Shown piece by piece: positions 61,721-64,000 of a stretch of 64,000 bases of DNA. The notes under the pieces were generated by a model. That model was given only the letters and a program-made list of their open reading frames with translations. It was not told the origin of the DNA and did not search any database. Position 1 is the stretch's first letter. The number at the start of each line of letters is the position of its first letter. Origin of the DNA: an uncultured candidate division Zixibacteria bacterium. GTDB lineage: Bacteria > Zixibacteria > MSB-5A5 > GN15 > FEB-12. Position numbers and translations under genes: made by a program. Where the stretch lies: positions 704,001 to 768,000 of the forward strand of contig OY760907.1 in NCBI GenBank assembly GCA_963664195.1. The letters run 5' to 3'.

Positions 61721-62806
61721 ATGGCTAGAATTTTCAACTTCAATGCGGGTCCCTCGACCCTGCCGCTTGATGTCCTGAAGATCGTCCAGGACGAACTTCT
61801 GGATTATCGTGGCACGGGCATGTCGGTGATGGAAATGTCCCACCGCTCCCCGGAATTCGACGAGATCAACGAGCAGGCTATTTCCCTGACCCGTGAGCTG
61901 ATGGGTCTCGACGAGAAGTACCATGTGATGTTTGTTGGCGGCGGCGCTTCCACGCAGTTCGCTTACATTCCGATGAACTTCCTCCACGAGGGCATGACCG
62001 CTGCCTATGTTGACACCGGCACATGGTCGACCAAAGCGCTTCAGGAAGCCCAGAACCTCGGCAATACGCATCTCGCGGGCAGCTCCAAGGACGAAGGCTA
62101 CTGCCGCATCCCTAAACAGTCGGAACTCGATGTCCCGAAAGACGCCGCCTACCTGCATATCACCTCGAACAACACCATCAAGGGAACGCAGTACCATGAG
62201 TTCCCGCAGTACGACGGTATTCCGCTTATTGCCGATATGTCCTCGGACATTCTGTCGCGCAAGATAGACTTCACGAAGTTCAGCATGATCTACGCCGGCG
62301 CTCAGAAGAACCTGGGCCCGTCGGGCGTTACGATGGTTGTCATGCACGACGACATGCTGGCCAAATGCAAAAAGGGCCTGCCGTCGATGATCAACTACAA
62401 CACGCACGCTTCGAAGAAATCACTCTACAACACACCGCCGGCGTTCGGCATTTACATGGTCAAGCTGAACATGGAATGGATCAAGGGGCAGGGCGGTCTC
62501 GAGGCGATTGAGAAGGTCAACCGGGCCAAGCAGGAACGCCTGTACCAGGTTTTCGATCTGTACCCGGATTACTTCAGGGGCACGGCCGAGGAAGACAGCC
62601 GTAGCTGGATGAACGTAACGTTCCGCCTTCCGAGCGAAGACCTCGAGAAGAAGTTCATCGCCGAAGCGAAGGCGGCCGGTTTCGGCGGTCTGAAGGGTCA
62701 CCGTTCGGTCGGCGGTTGCAGAGCTTCGATCTACAACGCGATGACGCTTGAGGGTTGCGAGAAGCTGGTCGAGTTCATGGAGGCTTTCAAGAAAGCCAAC
62801 TCGTAG
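61721..62806 (+). CDS. serC: Phosphoserine aminotransferase
   Basis: NFNAGP, SHRS, DMSSD, YAGAQKNLGP, YNTPP, KGHRSVGG. Confidence 0.96.
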   Translation: MARIFNFNAGPSTLPLDVLKIVQDELLDYRGTGMSVMEMSHRSPEFDEINEQAISLTRELMGLDEKYHVMFVGGGASTQFAYIPMNFLHEGMTAAYVDTGTWSTKALQEAQNLGNTHLAGSSKDEGYCRIPKQSELDVPKDAAYLHITSNNTIKGTQYHEFPQYDGIPLIADMSSDILSRKIDFTKFSMIYAGAQKNLGPSGVTMVVMHDDMLAKCKKGLPSMINYNTHASKKSLYNTPPAFGIYMVKLNMEWIKGQGGLEAIEKVNRAKQERLYQVFDLYPDYFRGTAEEDSRSWMNVTFRLPSEDLEKKFIAEAKAAGFGGLKGHRSVGGCRASIYNAMTLEGCEKLVEFMEAFKKANS

Positions 62807-62860
62807 ATTGATTCGATTGTAGGTCGAAACTCCTGTAGTTACGACAATGGATTGATATCG

Positions 62861-62891
62861 AAACCGGGATTCCGTATGGAATCCCGGTTTT
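62861..62891 (+). terminator. Intrinsic terminator after serC
   Basis: AAACCGGGATTCC-GTAT-GGAATCCCGGTTTT. Confidence 0.85.
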
Positions 62892-63376
62892 GTTTGCGGG
62901 TGAGTATCTCTGAATGCAATCATCGTCGCCTTGGTGCCGCACTGCTTGCGATACGATTGGGATTCAATGCTTTGGTTTCAAGGAGAACAGACTTCTCAAC
63001 GCGTGCCACCCTCAAACGTTTCGTCCAGACTTCGACCCTCGCCGCAAGCTCGGAGTTTGAGGGTGTACTCCCTTGAATCCGCGACGACACCTTCTCCGGG
63101 TGGCCGGTTCAAACTTGTTTGGACCGGATTCTCATCGCCCCCCAAGCAGTGCGGCACCGGGGCAGAGACAAGACAGGCAAGGACAATAGAACCGGCAAGG
63201 CTGTCACTCCCGTGGGCGGCAGACGATAGTGTGCCCGTTGAAAAACCGCCACCCCGATACGTCGTCTCTTGTTGACTCTCCCCCGATAATCCGCGAACCT
63301 TCCACTCAAGATGTCGGGTTTCTCACCCCGCCGCGGCGGGCCTCGGAACCGCGACCTACTAAGACAGGAGAACCGC

Positions 63377-64000
63377 ATGTCTGATAAATACAAAGCCGAT
63401 GAAGCCGATTTCACACAGTTAGCCGAAATCGCACGAGAAACCCTCATCGGGCGCGTCGGGATCATCACCCCCGATGGATATCCGAGAGTCGTGCCGATCA
63501 ATTTCGCTCTCCTCGATGGCCGTATCTACTTCCACGGTGCGCTCTCCGGCGAGAAGTACGACGTGTTCGCCACCAACCCCAAGGTCACGATCTCAATAGA
63601 CATCCCGTACGCCGCGCTCCCATCGTACTGGCAAAGCGAGCAGTACGGCTGCAAAGCCAATCAATTCTACAAGTCTGTCCTCGTCAAAGGTCGCGGATCT
63701 CTCGTGACCGAGGTCGCCGAGAAGACAGCCTCGCTGCAGGCGTTGATGGAAAAGCACCAACCCGAGGGTCGCTTCACTAAACTCACTCCCGATGAGCCGC
63801 TCTACAAAAAAGTCATCGCAGAAACCGGCATCTACCGGATCGACCCGGAACAAATCACAGTCAAAACGTCATTCGGGCAGAACATGACCGAGCGCCTTCG
63901 TAACAAGATCATCGACCTTCTCGAAGAACGCGACTCTGAAGTCGATCTCAAAACCACCGAGGAGGTTCGCAAGACGCTCGTAGAAGACTTCGATTATACT
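63377..64000 (+). CDS. Pyridoxamine 5'-phosphate oxidase/NimA-like flavin-binding protein (truncated at window end)
   Basis: AGGAG RBS; GYPRVVPINF...IYFHGA..GEK...YKSVLVKG...LMEKHQPEG. Confidence 0.85.
   Translation, partial: MSDKYKADEADFTQLAEIARETLIGRVGIITPDGYPRVVPINFALLDGRIYFHGALSGEKYDVFATNPKVTISIDIPYAALPSYWQSEQYGCKANQFYKSVLVKGRGSLVTEVAEKTASLQALMEKHQPEGRFTKLTPDEPLYKKVIAETGIYRIDPEQITVKTSFGQNMTERLRNKIIDLLEERDSEVDLKTTEEVRKTLVEDFDYT

Overview
Bacterial chromosomal window of moderately high GC from a probable anaerobe. The giant Cys-rich surface protein with a cohesin-like module and the NYPNPFNP-type sorting domain suggest a Zixibacteria/FCB-like lineage (inference only). Left part: a >2700-aa secreted repeat protein (truncated, absent from the ORF track), a CpcT-like lipoprotein, MscS, a ~10-PAS hybrid kinase, and a sigma54-driven Hmc-like redox operon whose NrfD/HmcC subunit is fused to a hexaheme cytochrome. 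Middle part (26.0-31.5 kb), the most unusual region: three tandem copies of a constant non-coding module. The module comprises a tRNA-Ser 3'-end att-like core (copies B and C), 58-bp tandem repeats, TGTGACCA boxes, a promoter-like leader and a REP hairpin. Each copy is followed by different toxin-fragment/immunity-like cargo. Right part: DUF134/NifX pair, a sigma54-controlled PEP-CTERM gene, msrA, an internally deleted RdhA-like gene, ettA, a PAS-LuxR/MCP/porin/binding-protein/MCP cluster, a class V aminotransferase, a sorting-domain protein, thyX with a 40-bp tandem array, a frameshifted stand-alone TIR gene, a candidate structured RNA before an M32 carboxypeptidase, trkAH, a metallophosphoesterase, a histone-H1-like SWIB protein, DUF1015-serA-serC and a truncated flavin-binding protein. 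No CRISPR array, rRNA or complete tRNA was seen. All family calls are by eye from motifs; no searches were run.
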